Positions 1-10,743 of a stretch of 64,000 nucleotides of DNA are shown piece by piece. Below the pieces are notes generated by a model. That model saw only the letters and a list, made by a program, of their open reading frames with translations. It was not told the DNA's origin and did not search any database. Both the position numbers and the translations under genes were made by a program. This stretch comes from Squalus acanthias (taxonomy: Eukaryota): contig JASTWF010000034.1 in NCBI GenBank assembly GCA_030390025.1, positions 3,100,001-3,164,000 on the forward strand, given 5' to 3'. Each line of letters opens with the position of its first letter. Position 1 is the first letter of the stretch.

Positions 1-615
1 ACCCGCAAATGCTGCAGCAGGAAAGAATCAGGAACCATTCAAAAAGATGTTCCTGACCCAGCTCCACTCTTTAGTTAAAACCACACTGGGCATAGCCCTG
101 AGGCCCGCCGATCAGTAGACAGATATAGAGATTAACGTTCAAAGATCCTGGGAGAAGTTAACAGCCCAGTTAAAGGTGAAGTAAACACCCACGGCAAAGA
201 ACCAGTGTCAGCGGTGGAGGGATCTAGGTACTACCCCTTTAGAGGACAGTGGTTTAATTGTGAGAAGGAAGGTCACCTCGCAAAACACTGCAGGACACCC
301 AGACAGGCACCGGACCACGATGCAACGCATAGATAGATCCCGAAGGATGAACCTGAACCCTCTGGGGTGGTACAAAAATTGGCTCAGTTAGTTAGCCTTT
401 TAAAAAAGGATGAATTCAAGTCCTCTGGGACGGATCAATGATTGGACCAGTTGATAACCTTCATGAAAGCCCAAATTGTCACGGGGTGTGGGGGGGGGGG
501 GGTGCAAAATCATTTACCGGTGCACGCAATCGCCAATGCACACCCATTGGGAATGCAAATTCCTATTGTCAATGCACACCCATTGGGGGGACCGCTCCAA
601 GGATCCACCCTATGA
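1..615 (+). pseudogene. gag: gag C-terminal remnant with CCHC-type zinc knuckle
   Basis: 241-294 translates RGQWFNCEKEGHLAKHCR (CX2CX4HX4C with the first C replaced by W). The frame runs through stops at 334 and 439 to TGA 613-615. Confidence 0.75.
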
Positions 616-1000
616 CAGGGTTTGGCCCCCAAAGATTGGTCGCAAGTGGGGTTCCGATATGATGGTAGCGGGAGACCAGTAGTCCTTGTTGTCTTAAAAG
701 GGGACCGGCAGCAGATTATGATTATAGACACTGGCTCAGCCGTTACCATCATCCACACCCTATACCCTGAACGCCATCCAGCTGCGGGCAAGGGCTGTAG
801 GCCCTTAAAGGGTTTATTGGTGATACAACCACCGCGTATACAGGGAAGGCCTCTGAACTTCAGTTGGGAGGCCTCACCTGTAAGGTCCCAGCGACGATGC
901 TGATGACCACCCCCGACGGAAGGGGAATTTTAGGGACTGATGTGTTGGATCAGTATGGCGCGGTAATAGATTACAATCGGGACTGTGTTTGGATGGGATT
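616..1000 (+). pseudogene. Retropepsin aspartic protease domain (frameshifted)
   Basis: GRPVV...IMIIDTGSAVTII in ORF 622..903 and GILGTDVLDQYGAVIDY in ORF 864..1280. Confidence 0.85.
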
Positions 1001-1189
1001 GAGAAATAATGCAAAAGTGATAGAAATTTCCGATGCTCACTCGGTTTTTACTATTATAATGCTATCCGAGTTTGATCCTCCGGAAGCCATAAATGAAGCT
1101 GTGGCAAAACTAATTCAGGAACACCTAGCGATGCTGGCCACGTGCAAGCACGATTGTGGAAAAATGGGAGGCGAAGATTCTATTGAGGG

Positions 1190-2050
1190 ACCCCCCCACT
1201 CATTCACTAAACAGTACCCCATCCCAAGAGAGAATCACCCGAGACAACATAAAATCACTAGTCGAGAAGGGTGGTGTTAGGACAGGCATTTCCACAACCA
1301 ATTCACCCACATGGCCGGTTAAAAAGCCTGATAGCAGCTGGCGACTGACTTCTGATTACAGAAAGTTAAATTCTGTAACGCCAGCCTGCTCACCGTTAGT
1401 AAGAGAAGCTCCCACCATATTATCTCAAATTCCTGCTGGTTCCAAGTACTTCTCGACCCTCGACATCGCCAATTGATTCTGGAGTATCCCTGTTAAAAGG
1501 GAGGACCAATACAAATTCGCGTTCACATTTGAGGACCAGAGCTACACCTGTCTCAGGGGTTCCACAATGCCCCCCATGATCTTCCACAAAAGAATGGCTG
1601 CAGTTTTAAAAGACTTTTCCTGCCCTACCTGCTTGCTACATTATGTAGACGATCTACTGCTGGCAACCGATAACATGGAGGAGCATCGGTCCCTTTTGCA
1701 TGAACTGGTGACATTGTTGGCTCAGGCGGGACTAAAGGTGAATCCCCGTAAGGCTCAGTTGGTAAAAGAACGGGTCACCTTTCTGGGAATGTCCATTTCT
1801 CCAGAGGGATCGTCTCCCGACTCCCACAAGGTGGAGATAATACAGCGACTAACATGACCCTCTTCCAAAACAGCCCTACGATCATTCTTCGGTTTGGTGG
1901 GCTACCAAAGGGACTTGATCCCAGGCGTTGCAGAGTGCGCAAACCCCTGTATGATTTGATAAAACTGCAGGGTGATGACATACTCCCGGCATGGACTGAT
2001 TCTCACACCCAGTCCGTGGCCAAATTAAAAACTGCAGTGATACAGGTCGC
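1190..2050 (+). pseudogene. pol: Reverse transcriptase domain (fragmented)
   Basis: KQYPIP, NSPTWPVKKPDSSWRLTSDYRKLN, YFSTLDIAN*FWSIP..DQYKFAFTF, HYVDDLLL, GLKVNPRKAQL..VTFLG. Confidence 0.92.
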
Positions 2051-2059
2051 ATGTATGAT

Positions 2060-2400
2060 TCCTCCGGTCCCACGCAGCCCTTCCATTTGGAGGTCGGGGC
2101 CACAGAAAAAAGCCTCGCCGCAGTTCTGTGCCAAACGCGAGCTGATCGACTACTGTCCATTGCATATGCGTCTGGAATCCTGCAGGGGGCAGAAAAGACG
2201 TATACCGCGTGCGGGCGCCACCTGCTGGCCGTCTTCTGGGCGGTACATCATTTTACCTTTATTTCTGGCTGCAAGCTACCATCCTTCACAGTGCTCATAC
2301 GCCTCTGAGCCTACTGATGAAACCTGGATATTCGCTAGTTTCCTCGCAGCGCCTCAGCAAATGGACATTGGAATTTTTAGAAAGAGACATTGTTATCATT
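2060..2400 (+). pseudogene. Degenerate Ty3/Gypsy-type RNase H (tether/connection domain)
   Basis: PFHLEVGAT..SLAAVLCQ..IAYASGILQGAEKTYTACGRHLLAVFWAVHHF..LHSAHTPL keeps the Gypsy RNase H scaffold but lacks the usual TDAS, EKE and TDH acidic residues. Confidence 0.8.
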
Positions 2401-2520
2401 TCCAAACCCACCACATTGGTGCCACAGTTTCTGGTTTATGCGGGGGAACCAAATGAATGTCCGCTACCCCTGATTAACTTTGAGACCCATCCTGTGCAGA
2501 AAGAGCCCATACAGGGAGCC

Positions 2521-2927
2521 CCAGATGTCTACATCGATGGGTCCTCATATCACATCGAGGGATCCCCCCACACCGGGTATGCTGTGGTATTGCCAGAGAG
2601 AACCGTCCAGCGATGATGCAACCGACAGTCCACACAATATGCAGAAATCGCCGCACTTCTAAGCACCGTGATAGAAACCTCAGATAGACCCGTGAATATT
2701 TGGTCTGATAGTGCCTATGCCATAAACACCATGCTCTCCTTGCTCCTATACCACAAAAATGACTACCGTAAAATTGACGGTAACGAACTGGTCCATGGGG
2801 CCTGGTTACGCCTGCTCTGATCATACCTTAAACAGCGATCCCATCCCTGTTTCATAGAAAATGTAGCAGCCCATAGAAAAGGTGTCCACAAAGTGAGGGA
2901 AATTCCAGAGCAGACAGAGCAGCCAAG
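2521..2927 (+). pseudogene. Second, retroviral/cellular-type RNase HI domain
   Basis: DVYIDGSS (2524), AEIAA (2641), WSDSAYAI (2701), VAAH (2863-2874), GNSRADRAAK (2898-2927, shifted frame): complete D-E-D-H-D set. Confidence 0.88.
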
Positions 2928-3137
2928 GTCACTGCGATTAATGGGGCGATAGAGGATATAGTTGTTGAGCCCTGCAATGGCTCCCCAACAGATCACCTAG
3001 ATTTAAATTCCCTGCAGCAGCAATACTGGCCATACGCCGTTGTAAGCGCCTGGCACGAGGAAGGCAGACCCCTTCCTCAACCGATAGCCTGGGCCCCCAA
3101 TACCAGACTAGCCACTGCCCCATACTCAGCGGAGTAG

Positions 3138-5019
3138 TTGGTGATGTTCAAAAGAAAGCCATACGTCTGCCCGATGTTGTGTGTTCCACCAGAGCTGGGT
3201 CAGGAACAACTGTCCCTCTTTCACACCCACACCACAGCAGGGCACTATTCGGCCCTGGCAATCTTCAATAAGGTAGCATCCAAAGCTTGGTGGTCTTCCA
3301 TGAGGGAAACAATCAACCAAATGTGGCACGATGCCGACCGTGCCTGCAGCCCAATCCTCCCATGTGCACTAACCCAGCCTTGCTTCAAAGTGCGTCCCCA
3401 GCTCAAGGGCCATGGACTCACCTCCAAATTGGGCCACTTCCACAGGCGCGAGGCAATTCTTGGCGTGCCCTAGTGGTGGTGGATCAATTCACAAAATGGA
3501 ACGAAGCATTCCCCTGGCGCTCCAACACCGCAATCACGGATGACAAAACACTATTAAATCATATGTTTTGTAGGTGGGGTGTACCGGTAAAAGTGGACAA
3601 GGGAATACACATTAAATGTTTGGACACTGAGTAATACAGAGGAACACAGGTACCTTGAAGTGCATGTCCACAGATCCCTGAAGGTAGCAGGCCAGGTAGA
3701 TAAGATGGTTAAGAAGGCATACGGAATGCTTGCCTTTATTAGTCGTGGCATAGAATACAAGAGCAGGCGGGTTATGCTTCAACTGTATAAAACAATAGTT
3801 AGGCCACAGCTAGAGTACTGCGTGCAGTTCTGGTCACCTCATTACAGGAAAGATGTGATTGCACTAGAGAGGGTACAGAGGAGATTTACAAGGATGTTGC
3901 CGCTAGTAGAGCATCTTAGCTATGAGGAAAGACTGGATAGGGTGGGTTTGTTTTCCTTGGAACAGAGGAGGCTGAGGGGAGACCTTATTGAGGTATTTAA
4001 AATTATTAAGGGCATGGATAAAGTGGATAGAAAGGACCTGTTACCCTTAGCAGAGCGGTCAAAAACCAGGGGGCACAGATTTAAAGTAATTAGTGGAAGG
4101 TTTAGAGGGGTTTTGAGGGGAAATTTCTTCATCCAGAGGGTGGTGGGGGTCTGGAACTCACTGCCTGAAAGGGTGATAAAGGCAGGAACCCTAACCACAT
4201 TTAAAAAGTACTTGAATGTGCACTTGGGATGCTCTAACCTGCGGGGCTAAGGACCAAGAGCTAGGAAGTGGGATTATGCTGGATAGCTCTCTGTTGGCCG
4301 GCGCGGACACGATGGGCCGAAATGGGCTCCTTCCGTGCTGTAACTTTCTATGATTCGATGATTCTATAGACAATATCATGGTTCGCACTTTACCGGTAAG
4401 ATTTTTACCCACCTGCAGGATATGTTGGGGGTAAAACACAAACTACATGTTGCTCACCACGCCTAGTCGTCCGGAGGCGCCTAAAGGAGGAACAGGACCC
4501 TCAAGTAAATGTTAAAAAATTGTGTGCAGCCCACCCGACTCAATGGGCCAACATGCTACCAATGTTCTTAATGGCAATGAGGTCCATATCTCATAAAACA
4601 GCAGGAGCCTCCCCATATCAGGCCATGACGGGGAGACTCATGAGAACGCCAGGCCAGCTAACACTAACGGGGATGAACACCTTGACAATGGAACCATGTA
4701 GTTCCAATTGGCTGTAACAGTTGGTAGATCACACAGATCAGATGAATCGATTTGTGGCCACGAAATTGGGGAAGTCAAAAAGACACCTTAAAAGGTACTT
4801 TGACAAGAAAGTCCGTCCCTTTGAGTATCAGATGGAGGACATCGTAATGATTCCAAATTATGGGAAAAAGAAGCATGCCTTTGAGCCCAGGTTCTGGGGA
4901 CCGCATACGATTATAGACCGATTGAATCCCGCGGTTTATTTCATTCATTTACGGGGGAAAAAGGTGTTAAGTACAAGAAATGGTATCATATTAACCAGTT
5001 AAAAACTGCCAAAAAATAA
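3138..5019 (+). pseudogene. Integrase (HHCC, DDE core, GPY/F C-terminus) split by a CR1 insertion
   Basis: FHTHTTAGHY..WW..C..C, GPWTHLQI, LVVVDQFTKW, RWGVPVKVD|insert|HGSHFTG, RNRTLK, SPYQAMTGR, PRFWGPH, KWYHINQLK; stop at 5017-5019. Confidence 0.88.
3601..4368 (+). mobile_element. 5'-truncated CR1-clade LINE nested in the integrase
   Basis: ORF 3660..4250 is a CR1 ORF2 C-terminus (LYKTIVRPQLEYCVQFWSP, LERVQRRFTRM, RRLRGDLIEVFK, TRGH). Tail TTCTATGATTCGATGATTCTAT. GACAA flanks both sides (3596-3600, 4369-4373). Confidence 0.93.
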
Positions 5020-5243
5020 ATACTACACTGATCTTGTTTCCCAAAGTACCATGATACGGATACAGATGACACACAACGATGCCATAAACAGCAGAGCTAT
5101 ACAAAAGCCAGGTGCCAGCCCATGGTGGGAAACAATGTAGAATGTAGGACAACACCTCTGGCTCAGAACCCTCTCAATGCTTATGATATGCGACCCCTGG
5201 GGAGATAAATCAAAGGAGAGGTCAATAAGGTTCTTTCCCCCTC

Positions 5244-5256
5244 AAGGCGGGGAATC
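5244..5256 (+). promoter_or_regulatory. Polypurine tract of the retrovirus-like element
   Basis: AAGGCGGGGAATC immediately before the TGTAAG LTR start. Confidence 0.65.
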
Positions 5257-5943
5257 TGTAAGAATAAAAATATATGTTTTGTATGTGTGATGGACTCGAG
5301 ACTATTAATATAAGATGTATGTAATAAAGATAAATTTGATGTGTAAGGATTTCACCTGGGCGAGCAGAACTCAAGGCAATGGCACAAAACATAACAAAGG
5401 AAACCTGCATAACAGGATAACCACAACAAAGACACCATCGAAATTCACCATCGAAACTCAAGAGCCACTAAACGGTGTCAACAAACAATTAACTTAAGCA
5501 AGAAATGGTACCAGCCACTACAGACAGACACATGTTCAAAGGAAAGCCAATCAAGAACTGCCATGAAACTGAGACCCAATCCTGGGGTCTTAGCAATTTA
5601 GACCAGAGACAATTGACTTAAAAATATATAAAACAAGGAACTCAAAGGCTCTCTCTCTCTCTCTCTCTCCGGATTGCCACGCAGAAAAACAAGAAGCCCC
5701 CCCTCTACAGACTGGACCAAGAAGCAAGGAAATAGTCCGCGTGCATTGTTGATTCAGGGAAGTACAAGTTTCTGTAAATCTAACCCATTACCTTACGTGT
5801 TGTAATCGAGTAGAGTCCATAAATAAAAGGAGGCTATTGTTCTGATGTGCATGAGTGTGTGCGTTTAATTAATATATTCCAAATTGTTTCAAAAGAATTG
5901 GTCTTGCTGGCAATTAAATGACATTCGAAATATAATGCTTACA
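5257..5943 (+). repeat. 3' LTR (687 bp) of the retrovirus-like element
   Basis: Begins TGTAAG, ends CTTACA (inverted termini). TATA-like TATATAAAA near 5624, (CT)n at 5649-5669, AATAAA at 5822. Satellite starts directly after. Partner LTR is not in the window. Confidence 0.8.
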
Positions 5944-8900
5944 ACTCTCTGCACGGGGGAATAAAGTTACAGTTAAAGTTAGCTTGACATGATGCCCTCT
6001 ACACCAGGGAATAAAGTTACAGTTAATTGTTAATTTGACATGATGCCCTCTGCACCGGTGAATAAAGTTACAGTAAATTGTTAATTTGACATGATACACT
6101 CTACACCAGTGAATAAAATTACAGTCAATTGTTAATTTGACATGAAGCCCTCTACACCAGGGAATAAAGTTACAGTTAATTGTTAATTTGACATGATACC
6201 CTCTACACCAGGTAATACAGTTACAGTAATTTTTTTATTTGACATGATAACCTCTACACCAGGGAATAAATTTACAGTTAATTGTTAATTTGACATGATT
6301 CCCATTACACTGTGGAATAAAGTTACAGTTAATAGTTAATTAGACATGTTACCTCTGCACCGGGGAATAAAGTTACAGTTAATTGTTAATTTGACATGAT
6401 ACCCTCTACACCAGGGAATAAATTTACCGTGAATTTTTAATTTGAGATGATAACCTCAACACCGGGGAATAATGTTTCAGTTAATTGATTACTTCGACAT
6501 CATGCCCTCTACACCAGGGAATAAAGTTCAAGTTAGTTTCTAATTTAGACATGATGTCAGCTACACCAGGGAATAAAGTTTAAGTTAATTGCTAATTTGA
6601 CATGCTACCATCTACACCAGGGAATAAAGTACTAGTTAATTGTTAATTTGACATGATACCCTCTACAGCGGAAGCAAATTTACAGTTAATTGTTAATTTA
6701 ACATGATTCTCTCCACTGGGGAATAAAGTTGCAGTTAATTGTTAATTTAAACATTATACCCGCTACACCAGGGAATAAATCGGCAGTTAATTGTTAATTT
6801 AGATATGATGCCTTCTACACAAGGGAATAAAGTTACAGTTAATTTTTAAGTTGACATTTACCCAGCACACTGCATAATAAATTAACAGTTAATTGTTAAT
6901 TTGCCATGATACCCTCTACACCGGGGAATAAAGTTACAGTTAATTGTTAATTTGACATGATACCCTCTACACCGGGAAATAAAGTTACAGTTAATTGCTA
7001 ATTTCACATGATACCCTATACACCGGGGAATAAAGTTACAGTTGATTGTTAATTTGACATGACACCCTCTACACCGGGGAATAAAGTTACAGTTAATTGC
7101 TAATTTCACATGATACCCTCTACACCGGGGACTAAAGTTACAGTTGATTGTTAATTTGACATGATAACCTCTACACCGGGAAATAAAGTTACAGTTAATT
7201 GCTAATTTCACATGATACCCTCTATACCGGGGAATAAAGTTACAGTTAATTGTTAATTTGACATGACACCCTCTACACCGGGGACTAAAGTTACAGTTGA
7301 CTGTTAATTTGACATGATAACCTGTACACTGTGGAATAAAATTACAATCAATTGTTTATTTGACATGATAACCTCTACACTGAGGAATAAAGATAGTCAA
7401 TTGTTAATTTGACATGATATCCTCTACACCTGGGAATAAAGTTACAGTTAATTGTGAATTTAGATATATTACCCTCTACGCCCGGGAATAAATTTACTGT
7501 TAATTGTTAATTTAGACATGATTCCCCCTACACCATGGAATACATTTACAGTTAATTGTTAATTTGACAGAATGCCCTCTACACCGGGGAATAATGTTAC
7601 AGTTAATTATTCACTTAGAAATAATTCCCTCTACTACGGGGAATAAAGTTACAGTTAATTGTTAATTTGACAGGATGCCCTCTACACCGGGGAATAATGT
7701 TACAGTTAATTATTCACTTAGAAATAATTCCCTCTACTACGGGGAATAAAGTTACAGTTAATTGTTAATTTGACAGGATGCCCTCTACACCGGGGAATAA
7801 AGTTACAGTTAATTGTTAATTTGACAGGATGCCCTCTACACCGGGGAACAATGTTACAGTTAATTATTAACTTAGAAATAATTCCGTCTACTCCGGGGAA
7901 TAAAGTTACAGTTAATTGTTAATTTGACATGATGATCTCTACACCAAGGAATAAAGTTAAAGTTAATTGTTAATTTGACATGATGCCCTCTACACGGGGG
8001 AATTATGTTACATTTGTTTGTTAATTTGACATGATGCCCTCTACACTTGGGAATAAAGTTACATTCAGTTGTTAGTTTAGACATGATACCCTCTACAGCG
8101 GGGAATTATGTTACAATCAATTGTGACTCTGAAATGATACCCTCTACATCGGGGAATAAACTTACAATTACTTTTTAATTTTACACGATGCCTTCTACAC
8201 CGGGGAATAAAGTTAAAGTTAATAGTTAATTTAGACATGAATCCCTCTACACCGGGGAAAAAGTTACAGTTAATAATTAATTTGACATGATACACTCTAC
8301 ACCAGGGAATAAAGTTACAGTTCCTTGTTAATTTAGATATGATACCCTCTACACCGGGGAATAACGTTACAGTTAATTGTTATTTTACACATGATATCCT
8401 CTACACTGTGGAATAAATTTACATTTAATTGTTAATTTAGACTTGATATCCTCTAAGCCAGAGAAAAAAGTTACAGCTAATTGTTAATTTGACAGGATAC
8501 CCACTACACCGGGGAATAAAGTTACAGTTCATTGTTAATTTGAAATGATACCCTCTAAACCGGGTAATAAAGTTACAGTTAATTGTTAATTTTATATGAT
8601 ATCCTGTAAACTGGGGAATAAAGTTGAAATTAATTATTTATTTGACATGTTGCACTCTAGACCGATGAATAAAGTTACATACAATGGTTAACTTAGCATG
8701 ATATCCTGTAAACTGGGGAATAAAGTTGAAATTAATTATTTATTTGACATGTTGCACTGTACACCGATGAACAAAGATACAGCCAATTGTTAATTTAGAC
8801 ATGATTTCCTCTTCAGCGGGGAATAAATTTACAGTTAATTTTTAATTTAGACATGATACCCTCTACACCGGGGAATTATGTTACAGTTAATTGTTAATTT

Positions 8901-9703
8901 GAAATGATGCCCTCTACACCGGGGAATGAAGTTACCGTCAATTGTTAATTTGACATGATACCCTCTACAAGGGGGAATAAAGTTACAGTTAATTTTTAAG
9001 TTGACATGAAACCCTCTACACCGGGGAATTATGATACAGTTAATTGTTCATTTGAAATGATGCCCTCTACACTGGGGAATGAAGTTACAGTCAATTGTTA
9101 ATTTGACATGATACCCTCTACAACGGGGAATAAAGTTACAGTAAATTGTTAATTTGATATGATACCCACTGCACCGGGGAATAACATAACAGTCAATTGT
9201 TAATTTAGTCATGATGCCCTCTGCACCGGGGAATAAAGTTTCAGTTAAATGTGAATTTATCATGATTCCCTTTACATCGGGGAGTAAAATTTCAGTTAAA
9301 TGTTAATTTTACATGATACCCTCTACATCAGGGAATAAAGTTATAGTTAATTGTTAATTTAGACATGATTCTCCCTACATCAGGGAATAAAGTTATAGTT
9401 AATTGTTAAATTGATATGATGCCCTCTACACCGGGGAATAAAGTTACAGATAATTATTATATTGACATGATACACACTACACGGGGGAATATAGTTACAG
9501 TTCATTGTTAATTTAGCCACGATAGCCTGGACACTAGGGAAAAAGTGACAGTTAATTGTTAATTTTACATGATGCCCTCTACACCGGGGAATAAAGTTAC
9601 AGTTGATTGTTAATTTGACATGATACCCTGTACAATGTGGAATAAAATTACAGTCAATTGTTTATTTGACATGATAACCACCACACGTGGGAATAAAGAT
9701 ATT
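5944..9703. repeat. 51/52-bp satellite, diverged monomeric block 1
   Basis: Head-to-tail monomers GACATGATACCCTCTACACCGGGGAATAAAGTTACAGTTAATTGTTAATTT(A); local 102-103-bp dimer duplications near 7570-7880 and 8600-8760. Confidence 0.97.
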
Positions 9704-10466
9704 GGCCCAGAAATTTGTCCGAATACGGGAGAGTACGCACTGTGTACTCACCCATATTCGGTACCGAAGTGCCGGTTTCCTGCATGCACTGCGCATGCGC
9801 GGGAAACCAGCACTTCCGATATTGCGAAGGGGGCGGTTCCTAAGTGAACCGCGTGCTCACTACAGGCTGTGCGCGCGCAGCACACTTAGTTTTTTTTCAG
9901 ATTTGAACGCGAAGGTAAGTGTTGAAGATTTTACACATGAAGAAAGGAGGCGTAAGACCCCCTTTTAACAAGGTAAGTAGTTAATTAAGTAGTATTTTAA
10001 TTTTTTTTCAACAGGTTTATCTTTTTTAGAGACTTTAAGGAAAGGTAAGTTTATTTTTATAACTTTTAAAAAGAATTAAAAAAATTTAAAAAAATTAAAT
10101 TTTTGTTTAAAGTGTTTAATTTATTTAACTCTAGTTATTTTATTAATGTGATGATTTTTTTATAAAATAATTGAGGTTTAGCTGTTCTTTTGGGGGCAAG
10201 TTGTATTCACAGCTTTGACAGCTCTTCCTGTCAAAACTATTAATGAAAGATGGTGTGCTGCCGTTGGCTCTAACTAGCCCACGTGATCCCAGAGGTCGCA
10301 TCGAACTAACTGCGCCTCTGGGACACGCACACACTGCGCGCCGGCACCAGGGAGAGGCCGAGGAACTGAAGTTCGTGTGGGCCAAAACCATAAAGGCAGG
10401 CGCAGAGTGCTATATCGCGGGGGATCCTTACCCCCGCGGCAACCATCGAAGTCCAATTTCTGGGAC
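9704..10466. mobile_element. Non-autonomous TIR DNA transposon (MITE-like, 763 bp), probably PIF/Harbinger
   Basis: Left end GGCCCAGAAATT; right end reverse-complements to GTCCCAGAAATT (11/12 match). 3-bp duplication ATT at 9701-9703 and 10467-10469. No transposase ORF. Superfamily inferred from the 3-bp TSD and GG-starting TIR. Confidence 0.75.
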
Positions 10467-10468
10467 AT

Positions 10469-10703
10469 TGTGGCGGAACGCCACCTAAATGGGCGCAATC
10501 CACTTGACCGTCCGTGGACAATAAATCGGGCACCTTGCCTTTAAGGCGCATGCCGCCTTTAAGGGAGGAAAAACGGAGTGGGCGTGGCCTCTGAGTTTTT
10601 GCAGAGAAATGTTGCAGCAGCCATTTTAACAGAGATGTGATTAAAAGCTATGTGTTTCACCTATTGACTCGGCCTCAATTCGTGCTTCACGGCAGCCACA
10701 ACA
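10469..10703 (+). repeat. 5' LTR (235 bp)
   Basis: TGTGGCGGAACG...GCCACAACA; aligns without gaps to 12955-13189 with 15 mismatches by hand count. Confidence 0.95.
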
Positions 10704-10704
10704 T

Positions 10705-10716
10705 TGGTGACCCCGA
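10705..10716 (+). promoter_or_regulatory. Primer-binding site complementary to tRNA-Trp
   Basis: TGGTGACCCCGA matches the first 12 nt of the tRNA-Trp PBS TGGTGACCCCGACGTGAT known from avian leukosis/sarcoma viruses. Confidence 0.85.
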
Positions 10717-10743
10717 TGCTCAGAATGTATTCCGAGCACTGCA

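Larger units (their letters stand above)
1..5943 (+). mobile_element. Decayed retrovirus-like LTR retroelement (gag-PR-RT-tether-RNase H-IN-3' LTR); 5' LTR lies upstream of the window
   Basis: Ordered motifs: zinc knuckle (241-294), IIDTGS protease, NSPTWPVKKPDSSWRLTSDYRKLN, LDIAN*FWSIP, YVDD, two RNase H-like domains, integrase, then PPT and a TGTAAG...CTTACA LTR. Many stops and frameshifts. Confidence 0.92.

Noticed and set aside
5222..5497. Small ORFs in the LTR U3 region as accessory genes
   Set aside because: Short, low complexity and without motifs; cannot be supported from one decayed copy.
10143..10551. Short ORFs in the MITE right half as transposase remnants
   Set aside because: No DDE or Myb/SANT motifs recognisable; consistent with chance ORFs in GC-rich sequence.
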